Assembly (NCBI GenBank): GCA_037189525.1
Contig: JBBCJC010000002.1
Span: forward strand, 288,001-352,000
Direction: 5' to 3'
Length of the DNA stretch: 64,000 nt
DNA from: Gemmatimonadales bacterium
GTDB lineage: Bacteria > Gemmatimonadota > Gemmatimonadetes > Gemmatimonadales > GWC2-71-9
Position 1 is the first letter of the stretch, and each line of letters opens with the position of its first letter. Below, in pieces: positions 39,783 to 48,830 of the stretch. The translations under genes were made by a program, and so were the position numbers. Under the pieces are notes generated by a model, which saw nothing but the letters and a program-made list of their open reading frames with translations, had not been told where the DNA came from and did no database searches.

Positions 39783-41657
39783 GTGCATGGTTTTGTTGTG
39801 CGGTATATGAAAGCGATTGATGAACAGCAACCGCCAGTGCTTGACGTTTGCCAGGATGACAGGATTGGCCTAGCTGCAGGAAGGCGCTTCCGACTGCTAG
39901 TGCGGCCACTCCCGACAACACCAGAAGCAGAAGCCGAACGTCAACCGTATGTATTCGGGCACACCGTCGCTGTGTATCAGGGCCGGATAGACAATCGGCG
40001 TGAGATCATCGATCGAATTGGAGACTCACTGCTTGAGCAGGTCGGGGACAGCGAGCTTATTGCACGTGCCTATTCTAAGTGGGGGGCCAACTTCCCTGCT
40101 ATAGTACTGGGGGAGTACTCATTTGCGTTGATCAACCAGCATACAGAACAACTTATTGCCGGAAGAGACAGCCTTGGTATCGGTCATTTGTTCCAATATC
40201 AAGATACGAGCGCTGTCTGGGTCGCATCAAACCTGGAGATTCTGCTCGCCGCACTTCCGAGTCGCCCCTCATTTGACCGTAGTGCGCTGGCTGAATATAT
40301 CGCCACCGGCGGCTTACTCGTATCCGGTCGAACTATCTATACTGGGATCGATGAAGTTCCAGCCGCACATGTTCTAGTTCAGAGTGGAGCTGCCGTTACC
40401 GTTACGCGATACTGGGAGCCTGTTCCGGAATCACAGGCTCGTCTTCGCGGACCTGACGAATATGATGAAGAATTCAGGTCAATCCTATCGGCAGCCGTGA
40501 AGGCGGCTCTCCGATCCAATACACCAGTATGGTCGGACCTTTCGGGTGGACTCGATTCATCTACAGTGACCGCGCTCGCTGCGTCGCTTGATTGCAGTGG
40601 TAACGACGGTATAACAGCATTCTCGATGTCAGCATCGATGACAGCACTAAGCAACGAGAGCCCCTTTCAGGATGATTTCATTGCCCGTTACCCTATTCAA
40701 CAACATCGCCTCGACATTGATGACTATTTGAGCTTTGGGACACCCGAACCGCCATCATGCCACCCGTCTAAAGCGATCATTTATCGGCCGATTCGTCAGG
40801 CTACCGCCGAACTTTTTGCTCAGCATGGCGCGCAGACTCACCTCACTGGCCGTGGTGGCGACAACATCTTTTGCGGCGATGAGTTTCCACCAAGATACCT
40901 TGCCGGGTTGTTACGTGGACTCAAACTGCGCCAATGGATCCGAGAGATAAACGATTGGGCACGTCAAGGAAAACGGAGTCTATGGAATCTTGTGTGGCAT
41001 TGTAGTCGGTCGAGCTTAACGGACTTGTACGCCGGCGAAGCAGACCGCGGAATCGTTCCGACTTGGTTGATCGCTCCGTTTCGTGACCAGGTAACCCAGA
41101 TAGATGAAGGTCAGTGGACGTCAGGATACCGATTGTACAGCGACCCGGGTCGAGAACTTCAGTATCGCTCAATACAAATGACGTCAAGGGTTGTCCGCTT
41201 CATGCCTGTTGGCGATGAGCGGCACCCGTTGCTATACCGGCCCCTTGTAGAATTTGTTCTCGATCTTCCCTGGGAGCACCTCCTTCGACCAGATGAGAAC
41301 CGCATTATCCAGCGACGCGCTCTACGCAACGTCCTTCCAGAAAGCATCCGTCTTCGGACCTCAAAGACCAGTGCGACCCCCGTGTTTCTACGTGGGTTGC
41401 GCCGCCACTGGACAACTGTACGACACTATACCGAGGGACGGCGCCTAGCGGAGCTTGACATCCTTGACCCTATCCCTTTTCACGCCGCGTGCGAGCGCCT
41501 TCGGCATGGGCTGCTAGCAAAGCAGTTTCGCTACCTAGTTGGTGCCTTGACCCTCGAAATCTGGCTGGAGGCGAACTCCAATCCAGTGCGTGACCAAGCT
41601 ACAGCCGGATTCTTCGCCGCCGACCACAGCATAGGCCAAATGAAGTGCATGAACTAA
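39783..41657 (+). CDS. Lasso cyclase C (asparagine-synthetase-like macrolactam synthetase)
   Basis: GRIDNR, RDSLG, LSGGLDSS PP-loop, LTGRGGD, HPLLYRPLVEF; lacks the N-terminal glutaminase Cys; adjacent to B. Confidence 0.92.
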   Translation: MHGFVVRYMKAIDEQQPPVLDVCQDDRIGLAAGRRFRLLVRPLPTTPEAEAERQPYVFGHTVAVYQGRIDNRREIIDRIGDSLLEQVGDSELIARAYSKWGANFPAIVLGEYSFALINQHTEQLIAGRDSLGIGHLFQYQDTSAVWVASNLEILLAALPSRPSFDRSALAEYIATGGLLVSGRTIYTGIDEVPAAHVLVQSGAAVTVTRYWEPVPESQARLRGPDEYDEEFRSILSAAVKAALRSNTPVWSDLSGGLDSSTVTALAASLDCSGNDGITAFSMSASMTALSNESPFQDDFIARYPIQQHRLDIDDYLSFGTPEPPSCHPSKAIIYRPIRQATAELFAQHGAQTHLTGRGGDNIFCGDEFPPRYLAGLLRGLKLRQWIREINDWARQGKRSLWNLVWHCSRSSLTDLYAGEADRGIVPTWLIAPFRDQVTQIDEGQWTSGYRLYSDPGRELQYRSIQMTSRVVRFMPVGDERHPLLYRPLVEFVLDLPWEHLLRPDENRIIQRRALRNVLPESIRLRTSKTSATPVFLRGLRRHWTTVRHYTEGRRLAELDILDPIPFHAACERLRHGLLAKQFRYLVGALTLEIWLEANSNPVRDQATAGFFAADHSIGQMKCMN

Positions 41658-41737
41658 ATGACTTGCTCAGCCGGATGCCAGCTCCCCACGGTTCGAGCAT
41701 TTCTTTATCGGGAGCATTTCTCAAGACGAGGTGTATC

Positions 41738-41923
41738 ATGGAACGGAAGCAGAGCGCCCTCAGGCAGATCAACAGCACTGGTGGCAAGACCGAGTTCACG
41801 CCGACGCCGCTCGGCACTGTGTCCGGCACGAGGGTCCTGGGCCTGGATCGCCTCACGGGTACGATTCCTGGTTGTACCGCGTGCGACTTTAACACAGACT
41901 ACGCGAAGGGTGTGTTCGGCTGA
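41738..41923 (+). CDS. Lasso peptide precursor A (61 aa, MERKQSALRQINSTGGKTEFTPTPLGTVSGTRVLGLDRLTG-TIPGCTACDFNTDYAKGVFG)
   Basis: GAGGTG RBS before ATG 41738; follows the cyclase; leader ends LG..RLTG with Thr at -2; Asp at core position 9; followed by a stem-loop. Confidence 0.82.
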   Translation: MERKQSALRQINSTGGKTEFTPTPLGTVSGTRVLGLDRLTGTIPGCTACDFNTDYAKGVFG

Positions 41924-41962
41924 AAATCGCTGAACCATACACCTGCAACAAAGGATGACAAC

Positions 41963-42018
41963 GGTGTGCACCCGTTCACTAGCCTCAAGCTAGCCTAGTA
42001 CACGGAACGGGTGCCACC
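41963..42018 (+). terminator. Stem-loop downstream of the precursor gene
   Basis: GCACCCGTTC (41968-41977) pairs with GAACGGGTGC (42005-42014); inner ACTAG/CTAGT, outer GGTG/CACC; no U-tail. Confidence 0.6.
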
Positions 42019-42068
42019 AATGTCAGCCGAACCTGTCGCTGCCAGTGTAGGTCTGCACCGGAGACAAG

Positions 42069-43676
42069 ATGGTTTATCGTAAGAATCCTCACGAGACTGT
42101 TGGCTTGGTGTTGATCGCTTCTTGCGACGTTGATCCCTTACGCCAGGCCCTTCAGGTGGCTCTAGCACAGCGTGGAATCCGCTGCATCGTCGAGACGGCT
42201 ACGTGGGCCGCAGTGCAACCGGTCGACATGGCTACAAATCCCGAAGTACTACTACTACTCCCTTGGGATCTTGTCGCTGATCTTTCCTGGTGTCGCGGTG
42301 TCCCAGCCGATCCACCAGACCTCAGACAGCTTGAGTTGCGAATGGAAGAAGTCATCCAGTGGCTCGCAACACGGCACAACACCACGTTCGCGTATCTCCC
42401 TGCACCAATCCCACCGATTTGCGGCCGGGGACGCGACAATCGAATCCTAGCAAATACTCTCGTACGCGCCGTCAGCCGACTTTCGCCTATCGTATTGCCG
42501 TCAGAGATGTTCTCCTGCACCAGCTTATTCGATCATGGGTGCGCTATCGCCGATACAGCCCTTAGCACAGCCGCTGAGATACTCATTCGGACTGCAATGG
42601 CTGAATCGACAACTACGGCTAAGGTCCTTGTAACGGACTGTGATCATGTGCTGTGGAGTGGGGTAGTGGCGGAAGATGGTGTCGAAGGCATTTCATTTGG
42701 TCCTTGTGGGCAAGGATATCCCCATTTTGCCTACCAACGACTGCTAGTTCGACTGAAGCGTGACGGGATATTGCTCGCCGCGGTAACACGGAATGATCCC
42801 GAGGTAGTCGGTCCATTACTCGCAAGCGGTCGGTTGCAGCTCAACGACGGGGATTTTGTAGCAGGGATCGCCAGCCACGATGCTAAATCAGCACAGATCC
42901 GGCAGTTATCGGAACAGCTCGGACTGTCCTTGGATTCTTTTGTATTCGTCGACGATAATCCAGTGGAGCTGGCTGAAGTTGCCAGTGCACTTCCCAAGGT
43001 TCGGTGTCTTCAGTTCCCCGAGGACGTGCGCAACTTCCCCTCGTTTCTCGAGGAACTGGCTGGGCTATTCCCCAGAGGAATCAGGACCGCAGAGGATCGC
43101 GACCGAACCGCATACTACCGCCAGCGATTGGAGGGTGTACAACCGAGTCAACTGTCGGGGGCGGATCTCAGCCAATTTCTGCGGGGCTTGGAAATGCGAC
43201 TAACCGTCGAGAATCGAACGCACAGTGATTCCACAAGGGCGCTACAGCTCATCAATAAGACCAACGTATTCAACTTGAACGGCCATCGTTTTTCCGATCG
43301 CGAGATAACAGAGCTGCTTGTCAACGGAGGCCAGCTATGGACGGCAACGCTCGAGGACCGGACCGGCAATCACGGTGAAGTATTGGCATGCTTAACCGAT
43401 GGGGACAATGTGGTACGGTCTTTTGCAATGTCGTGTCGTGTTCTTCAGCGGCGAGTTGAGTATGCTTTCCTTGTCTGGTTCACGCGCCTTTCGAACGCAC
43501 CCCAGAAATGGCAGTTTGTTCCTACCGACCGGAACGAACCAATGCGGCGCTTCTTCGCTGACCCTGCCTTTAGGTCGTTAGGACCCGACGAGCCAATGCG
43601 GCTCGACACCAAAGCTTTTGCGACTACACACGCTGACGACCTAAGTTTATTCGATCTTCGTACCGTAGGAGTATGA
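42069..43676 (+). CDS. FkbH-like HAD-IIIC phosphatase/glyceryl transferase
   Basis: KVLVTDCDHVLWSGVVAEDG (DxD), FVDDNPVE, RALQLINKTNVFNL, C-terminal MSCRV acyl-carrying Cys motif. Confidence 0.88.
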   Translation: MVYRKNPHETVGLVLIASCDVDPLRQALQVALAQRGIRCIVETATWAAVQPVDMATNPEVLLLLPWDLVADLSWCRGVPADPPDLRQLELRMEEVIQWLATRHNTTFAYLPAPIPPICGRGRDNRILANTLVRAVSRLSPIVLPSEMFSCTSLFDHGCAIADTALSTAAEILIRTAMAESTTTAKVLVTDCDHVLWSGVVAEDGVEGISFGPCGQGYPHFAYQRLLVRLKRDGILLAAVTRNDPEVVGPLLASGRLQLNDGDFVAGIASHDAKSAQIRQLSEQLGLSLDSFVFVDDNPVELAEVASALPKVRCLQFPEDVRNFPSFLEELAGLFPRGIRTAEDRDRTAYYRQRLEGVQPSQLSGADLSQFLRGLEMRLTVENRTHSDSTRALQLINKTNVFNLNGHRFSDREITELLVNGGQLWTATLEDRTGNHGEVLACLTDGDNVVRSFAMSCRVLQRRVEYAFLVWFTRLSNAPQKWQFVPTDRNEPMRRFFADPAFRSLGPDEPMRLDTKAFATTHADDLSLFDLRTVGV

Positions 43677-43720
43677 ACTCATGAACTAGTCCATCCGCTA
43701 AAGCAGCAATCGAGTAAGCA

Positions 43721-46333
43721 ATGAAAAAAAACTTGTCACTTGATGCCATACGCGAATGGAACAGCATCTACTGGCCGACTCTGTCGCCCGATGGACAGTG
43801 GTTCGCTTGCTGCGTTGCACACGGCTCCGGCCTTACAACGTTGCTCGTTACAGGAACATCTACTCAATACAAATGGCGTCTCTCACTTAGCCTCAAGATC
43901 CCGAAGGCAGACCTCAAGACAGCGCCATTCAGCTTCTCGATGGACTCCCGCTGGCTCGTTGCAATTCACGCAGGTGGCGCCAAACTCATATCGATTAGCT
44001 CTGGCATCGTCCGTCAAATTGACGGTGCGACAAAAGTTGCTTTCAATAGTCCTTTATCGAGTTGGATTGCCGTAGAATACCGCAGCACTGTGAACGGCAA
44101 ATGTTCTCTGCTGCTATACAACCTCAGTACAGGCCATACCGTACGTATCGCAGAGGGGGTACGCGACTGGACTTTTAGGCCCGATGGCAGAGTGATCGCT
44201 TGGATTAAGAATTCCGAATCCGGTGCGGATCAGCTCATATGTCATAGCATGGGTACCGGCATCGAACAGGTTTTGTACCGAAGCACCCATGGCGAGCTCA
44301 CAAATCTTGGTTGGTCAACACTAGGGGAAAACGCTCTGATCGCGGTATCTCTGGGTCGGAGTACCGACCCAGGCCATGTCGTGGTCGCTAAGCGGATTCC
44401 ACTTAGAGCGTCGGACCCATCGGCTATCGTGTGTGTGGTACCGATTCCAGACGGAAAAATTGTTCCGACCCGCGACCTAATTGGACCACGCTTGGCCGCT
44501 GATGGTAAGCGGCTCATTATTCCATTGGCAACGCAAAACAGAACGTCTGACCGACAATCCCAACAGACCGAAAGGGTCGGAACCGGCGGGGTTACCTCCG
44601 ATAAAAACCCTATTGTCTGGCATTGGCGAGACCGTCAGTTACCCTCCCGACGCTGTAAAACACCGCCGGTACCGGATGTCATAGCGATCGTCTCGATCGA
44701 GGACGGTGTGACAGTATCGATCGAAGTTGGCACAGGGGCCGACCTCGTTTTGTTATCGGATGACAGGTATGCGATCTACAGCGATCACAGACCGTACGAA
44801 CGGGAAACCAGTATGTGTGGGCTCGTCTATCGAGACCTCTATATTGTTAACACACACACAGGTGACCGCCGACGCATCGAAACCCGGCTGCCTAATGTAG
44901 CCCATTGTGATACAGATCTCCCCTCGCCCGACGGTCGGCTCTTTCTGTACTGGAATGGTGCGACCGGTGAGTACATCGTGCTCGACGCGGCCACGGGTAG
45001 CGTTCGCGATATCACTCGCGGAATGTCCGTGAGTTTCGTAGACGATGATTGCGACTACAACGTCCCCTTTCCACCGATTCCGCCCGTGGGCTGGTGCACG
45101 AATAGTCGAGCGGTTGTGCTATGTGACGGATGGGACCTTTGGATTGTACCGATCGGCGAAGGAAAGCCAAGTCGGCTGACACCATCCGGACGAGAGACGA
45201 GTATCAGGTATCGTCGTGTCACACAGGCGGGCCAAAGCCGAGGCAACATCGATCTGAATCGGGACGTCTTTGTCCATATGTATGGGGAGCAGTCGAAACG
45301 CGAGGGGATTGCCCGGATTACTTGCAATAGTGACAATGGATTTCACGTCTTGCTCTGGGACAATGCGAAAATTTGGTGGACACACGCACTACAGGCCGAG
45401 ACTTTAGCGTATAGCCGCCAAACGTTTGTATGCTGTCCAGACTGGTTCGTTGTCGGCACAGATCATCGTTTGACGAATATCAATCCACAGCAAGCAGACT
45501 ACAACTGGTCCCCTGGAACTCGGCTGATCAACTATACGGATGCCTACGGAAAACACCTTCAAGCGGCTCTCTTCTTACCAAGCAACTATCAAGCCGGTGC
45601 AAAGTACCCTACTATTGTCTCCATATACGAGAAGCTATCGGGAACGTTGCACCGCTATGAACCACCAGACCTAGCTCGCATCGTCAATACCAGCATCTAC
45701 ACCAGTTGCGGCTATGCAGTCCTTCACCCCGATATCCGTTATATCATTGGTGAGCCTGGGCTCTCTGCAACCGAATGTGTGGTACGAGGGACTGAGGCCG
45801 CGATACAAACTGGAATCGTCGACCCAGACCGGATCGGCCTCTTCGGTCATTGCTGGGGCGGTTACCAAGCCGCAGCGATTGCGGCCAACTCCTCGTTATT
45901 CAGAGCGGTTGCCGTTAGCGGCGGTATTACAGATCTGGTGACAATGTACTATTCTGTATACTGGAAAACTGGTGAGTCAAACCAGGCTCTTATGTTGGCC
46001 AATCAAGGACGAATGGCGGGACCGTTTTTCGAGCATCCGAGCGCCTTTGTCCGTAATTCGCCACTGTTTGTTGCCGATCGCATCAATTCACCGATGTTGA
46101 TTCTTCATGGCGACAACGATGACGTAGTAGATTTTAACCAAGCGGTTACACTGTACAATGCGTTGCGGCAGTTGGGGCGTCAGGTCGTACTGATACAGTA
46201 TCCTGATGAAGGGCACTCGTTGCGATACCCACGAAACCAACACGACGCCATAGGCCGAGTCCGAGATTTCTTTGATTCGATGCTACAAGATACCACACCG
46301 CCCACATGGCTCGACGTAGGGGTTTCTCGCTAA
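43721..46333 (+). CDS. S9 (prolyl oligopeptidase-fold) peptidase/isopeptidase-like protein with GHCWG nucleophile motif
   Basis: SPDG propeller repeats, KYPTIVSIYE, VDPDRIGLFGHCWGGY, LILHGDNDDVV, YPDEGH. Confidence 0.88.
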   Translation: MKKNLSLDAIREWNSIYWPTLSPDGQWFACCVAHGSGLTTLLVTGTSTQYKWRLSLSLKIPKADLKTAPFSFSMDSRWLVAIHAGGAKLISISSGIVRQIDGATKVAFNSPLSSWIAVEYRSTVNGKCSLLLYNLSTGHTVRIAEGVRDWTFRPDGRVIAWIKNSESGADQLICHSMGTGIEQVLYRSTHGELTNLGWSTLGENALIAVSLGRSTDPGHVVVAKRIPLRASDPSAIVCVVPIPDGKIVPTRDLIGPRLAADGKRLIIPLATQNRTSDRQSQQTERVGTGGVTSDKNPIVWHWRDRQLPSRRCKTPPVPDVIAIVSIEDGVTVSIEVGTGADLVLLSDDRYAIYSDHRPYERETSMCGLVYRDLYIVNTHTGDRRRIETRLPNVAHCDTDLPSPDGRLFLYWNGATGEYIVLDAATGSVRDITRGMSVSFVDDDCDYNVPFPPIPPVGWCTNSRAVVLCDGWDLWIVPIGEGKPSRLTPSGRETSIRYRRVTQAGQSRGNIDLNRDVFVHMYGEQSKREGIARITCNSDNGFHVLLWDNAKIWWTHALQAETLAYSRQTFVCCPDWFVVGTDHRLTNINPQQADYNWSPGTRLINYTDAYGKHLQAALFLPSNYQAGAKYPTIVSIYEKLSGTLHRYEPPDLARIVNTSIYTSCGYAVLHPDIRYIIGEPGLSATECVVRGTEAAIQTGIVDPDRIGLFGHCWGGYQAAAIAANSSLFRAVAVSGGITDLVTMYYSVYWKTGESNQALMLANQGRMAGPFFEHPSAFVRNSPLFVADRINSPMLILHGDNDDVVDFNQAVTLYNALRQLGRQVVLIQYPDEGHSLRYPRNQHDAIGRVRDFFDSMLQDTTPPTWLDVGVSR

Positions 46334-46366
46334 ATTGCCGCACGGTGGCAGAGGATCGAGGATCCA

Positions 46367-48790
46367 ATGATCTCCCTAGTGCATGACGTCCGTCAGGCAG
46401 TTCGCAACATCCGCAATCACCCCGGCTTCGCGAGTCTAGCCGTTCTGGCTCTCGCACTCGGTATAGGCGCTGCTACGACTATCTTCAGCGTCCTCCAGCA
46501 TGTCCTTTTCAAGCCATTCCCCTATACTGATGCAGAACGTATAGTCGTTGTTCAAGTCCGGCGGTCAGATGCCGATCGTCGCAGCTGGCGCTCAGCCTTT
46601 CCGATCGCGGAGTTCCGCGAGTATGCCACACAGAGCGCCGTCTTCGCTGAGGTCGCAGCCGATGCTGTGGATGAGGTGCTGTTTGATACGTCGGAAGGCA
46701 TAGAGCATCTGCGTGGTGCGCTCGTGTCTGGCAACCTGTTTGCTTTTCTCGGCGTCCATCCTGTCCTAGGTAGGGGCATAGCGCCAGATGATGCGGCACC
46801 CGGGGCACCGGCTGTTTTCGTCATTAGCAATCGAATGTGGCGGGCACGGTTTGGCTCCGACCCTTCGGTCGTCGGGCAAACCTATGCGCTAAACGGAATG
46901 CCGACGGTACTGGTCGGCATCATGCCACCTCAATTCGCTCACCTGGACGCAGACCTCTGGCGGCCGGTGTCGCTCGATCAGCCGAGCCGTGATGCAGGTA
47001 GTCGTTTCTACAATCTGAAGGCGCGCCTCGCTCCCGGAGTAAGCACTACTGCTGCCGAGGCCCACCTGCAGTCGATCGCCACCAGAATCGCACCAGTCTT
47101 TCCGAGAATCTATCCGGAAGGCTATCGTGTGCACGTCGTCCGGTGGATCGACAGCGTAGTAGGCCCATTTCGCGCTACACTCTACATACTTGCTGCCGCC
47201 GTTGCAGTCCTCCTATTGATTGCCTGTGCCAACGTCGCCAATATGCTCTTAGCGCGTGCCAGTACGCGCGAAGGCGAACTGGCTATACGCGCCTCTCTCG
47301 GCGCCAGCCGGAGCGCTCTCGTCAGACAGCTCCTGATCGAGAGCTCGCTGTTGGCTGCGGCTGGAGCCCTCATCGGCGTCCTGGCAGCGGTCTTGGGTGT
47401 TACCTTCCTGGTGCGCATCCTTCCCGATCAGCTAATCCCTCCCGAGGCAACTATACGGATCAATCTCCCGGTGCTTGTCTTTGGCATCGTGCTCGCCTTC
47501 AGCACAGTACTCATCTTCGGCCTAGTACCCGCGTTACGGACCGCACATCGCGATCTCGTTTCATCCGTCCCGTCGGCAGCGCGCAGCACCAGTACAAAGA
47601 GCCAGACCACGCTCAGCAGTATGCTCGTAGTCGCCCAAGTTGCGTTAGCGCTCGTTCTTGCAGTCGGGGCCGGTCTTCTCATCCGTACGTTTGTCAATGT
47701 ACGAAACGTTCAGCTCGGCTTCGACCCAGCAAACACGTTGGCACTAACAGTTCGTTTGCCGTCGAATGGCTCACCACTATCCGGTTCGCTGCTTGTCGGT
47801 CAAATTCTTGACAGATTACGGACTGTTCCCGCTGTGACGGCAGCGACAGTCACAAACGGGATCCCCGGATACGGCGGTCTGCGGACTGAGGTCGAAGTTC
47901 CAGGCCAGCCCACGGTTGAGCCAGGTACCATGTCACTCGTTCAATTCTCAAGCGAGGATCTCGCCAGCGTGCTTCGCCTCCCGATCCTGCGAGGTCGTTT
48001 TTTGTCACGAGACGATATCACCGCTGGTCGGCGGGTAGCCGTTGTCAACGAGGCACTGGCACAACGGTATTTTGGTCATACGGACATCGTTGGGCGCTCG
48101 GTGCGCTTGAACATACTCGCGCTCCTGGCTGGCAATGCGGCGGACACGACAAGTTTCGAAGTGGTCGGCATTACCGCAGATGCTAAGAATCACGGGATCC
48201 AAGAGCCGGCAATTCCGGAGTCGTTCGTTCCATACTCACTCGCAAGCCTACCAAATTATGTACTGCTGATCCGAACTTCTGGATCACAGTTGGCGCCGTT
48301 TGACATCACCCGACAGCTGCGAACTGTCGACCGCGGCATCGTAGTCACTGAGAACCGGCGGCTTATCGAGTACCTACAAAAGTTCTCGTACTCCGAACCT
48401 CGTTTCGGCGTCGCCGTCCTCGGTATGTTTGCTAGTACTGCCCTTATCCTGGTGGCTCTTGGAGTGTATGGCGTGGTTGGGTATACGACCTCACGCCGAA
48501 CTCGAGAATTCGGCATCCGGCTTGCTCTTGGTGCGACGCCGGCGACCATTCAAAGACATGTGATCGGCCGTTCCCTCCGCCTAGTTGGGTTTGGTCTCGT
48601 ATTCGGGCTAATCGCCGCATTTGCAGTTACCCAACTCATCAGAAGTCAACTCTGGGGTGTACCGCCACGGGATCCCATGACCTTAGCCATTGCCGTCAGC
48701 GTGGTACTCATCGTGGGAATTGTAGCATGCTGGGCCCCCGCACGCCGGGCAACAAGTATTGATCCGACCGTTACGATGCGGAGCGAATAA
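46367..48790 (+). CDS. ADOP-type duplicated MacB/FtsX ABC permease (orphan, no ATPase)
   Basis: DVRQAVR..PGF..LALGIGA; LLIACANVANMLLARA..E.AIR.SLGA; RTREFGIRLALGA; PARRATSIDP. Confidence 0.92.
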   Translation: MISLVHDVRQAVRNIRNHPGFASLAVLALALGIGAATTIFSVLQHVLFKPFPYTDAERIVVVQVRRSDADRRSWRSAFPIAEFREYATQSAVFAEVAADAVDEVLFDTSEGIEHLRGALVSGNLFAFLGVHPVLGRGIAPDDAAPGAPAVFVISNRMWRARFGSDPSVVGQTYALNGMPTVLVGIMPPQFAHLDADLWRPVSLDQPSRDAGSRFYNLKARLAPGVSTTAAEAHLQSIATRIAPVFPRIYPEGYRVHVVRWIDSVVGPFRATLYILAAAVAVLLLIACANVANMLLARASTREGELAIRASLGASRSALVRQLLIESSLLAAAGALIGVLAAVLGVTFLVRILPDQLIPPEATIRINLPVLVFGIVLAFSTVLIFGLVPALRTAHRDLVSSVPSAARSTSTKSQTTLSSMLVVAQVALALVLAVGAGLLIRTFVNVRNVQLGFDPANTLALTVRLPSNGSPLSGSLLVGQILDRLRTVPAVTAATVTNGIPGYGGLRTEVEVPGQPTVEPGTMSLVQFSSEDLASVLRLPILRGRFLSRDDITAGRRVAVVNEALAQRYFGHTDIVGRSVRLNILALLAGNAADTTSFEVVGITADAKNHGIQEPAIPESFVPYSLASLPNYVLLIRTSGSQLAPFDITRQLRTVDRGIVVTENRRLIEYLQKFSYSEPRFGVAVLGMFASTALILVALGVYGVVGYTTSRRTREFGIRLALGATPATIQRHVIGRSLRLVGFGLVFGLIAAFAVTQLIRSQLWGVPPRDPMTLAIAVSVVLIVGIVACWAPARRATSIDPTVTMRSE

Positions 48791-48830
48791 ATCTTCGGTC
48801 GTGCGGATCATCACTATTGTCAACGAAAAT

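Noticed and set aside
39783..41657. Ordinary asparagine synthetase
   Set aside because: It lacks the N-terminal glutaminase Cys and sits between a lasso B gene and a precursor.
41645..41737. Longer 92-aa start for the precursor given in the ORF track
   Set aside because: ATG 41738 has a good RBS (GAGGTG) and gives a typical precursor length; the upstream start overlaps the cyclase.
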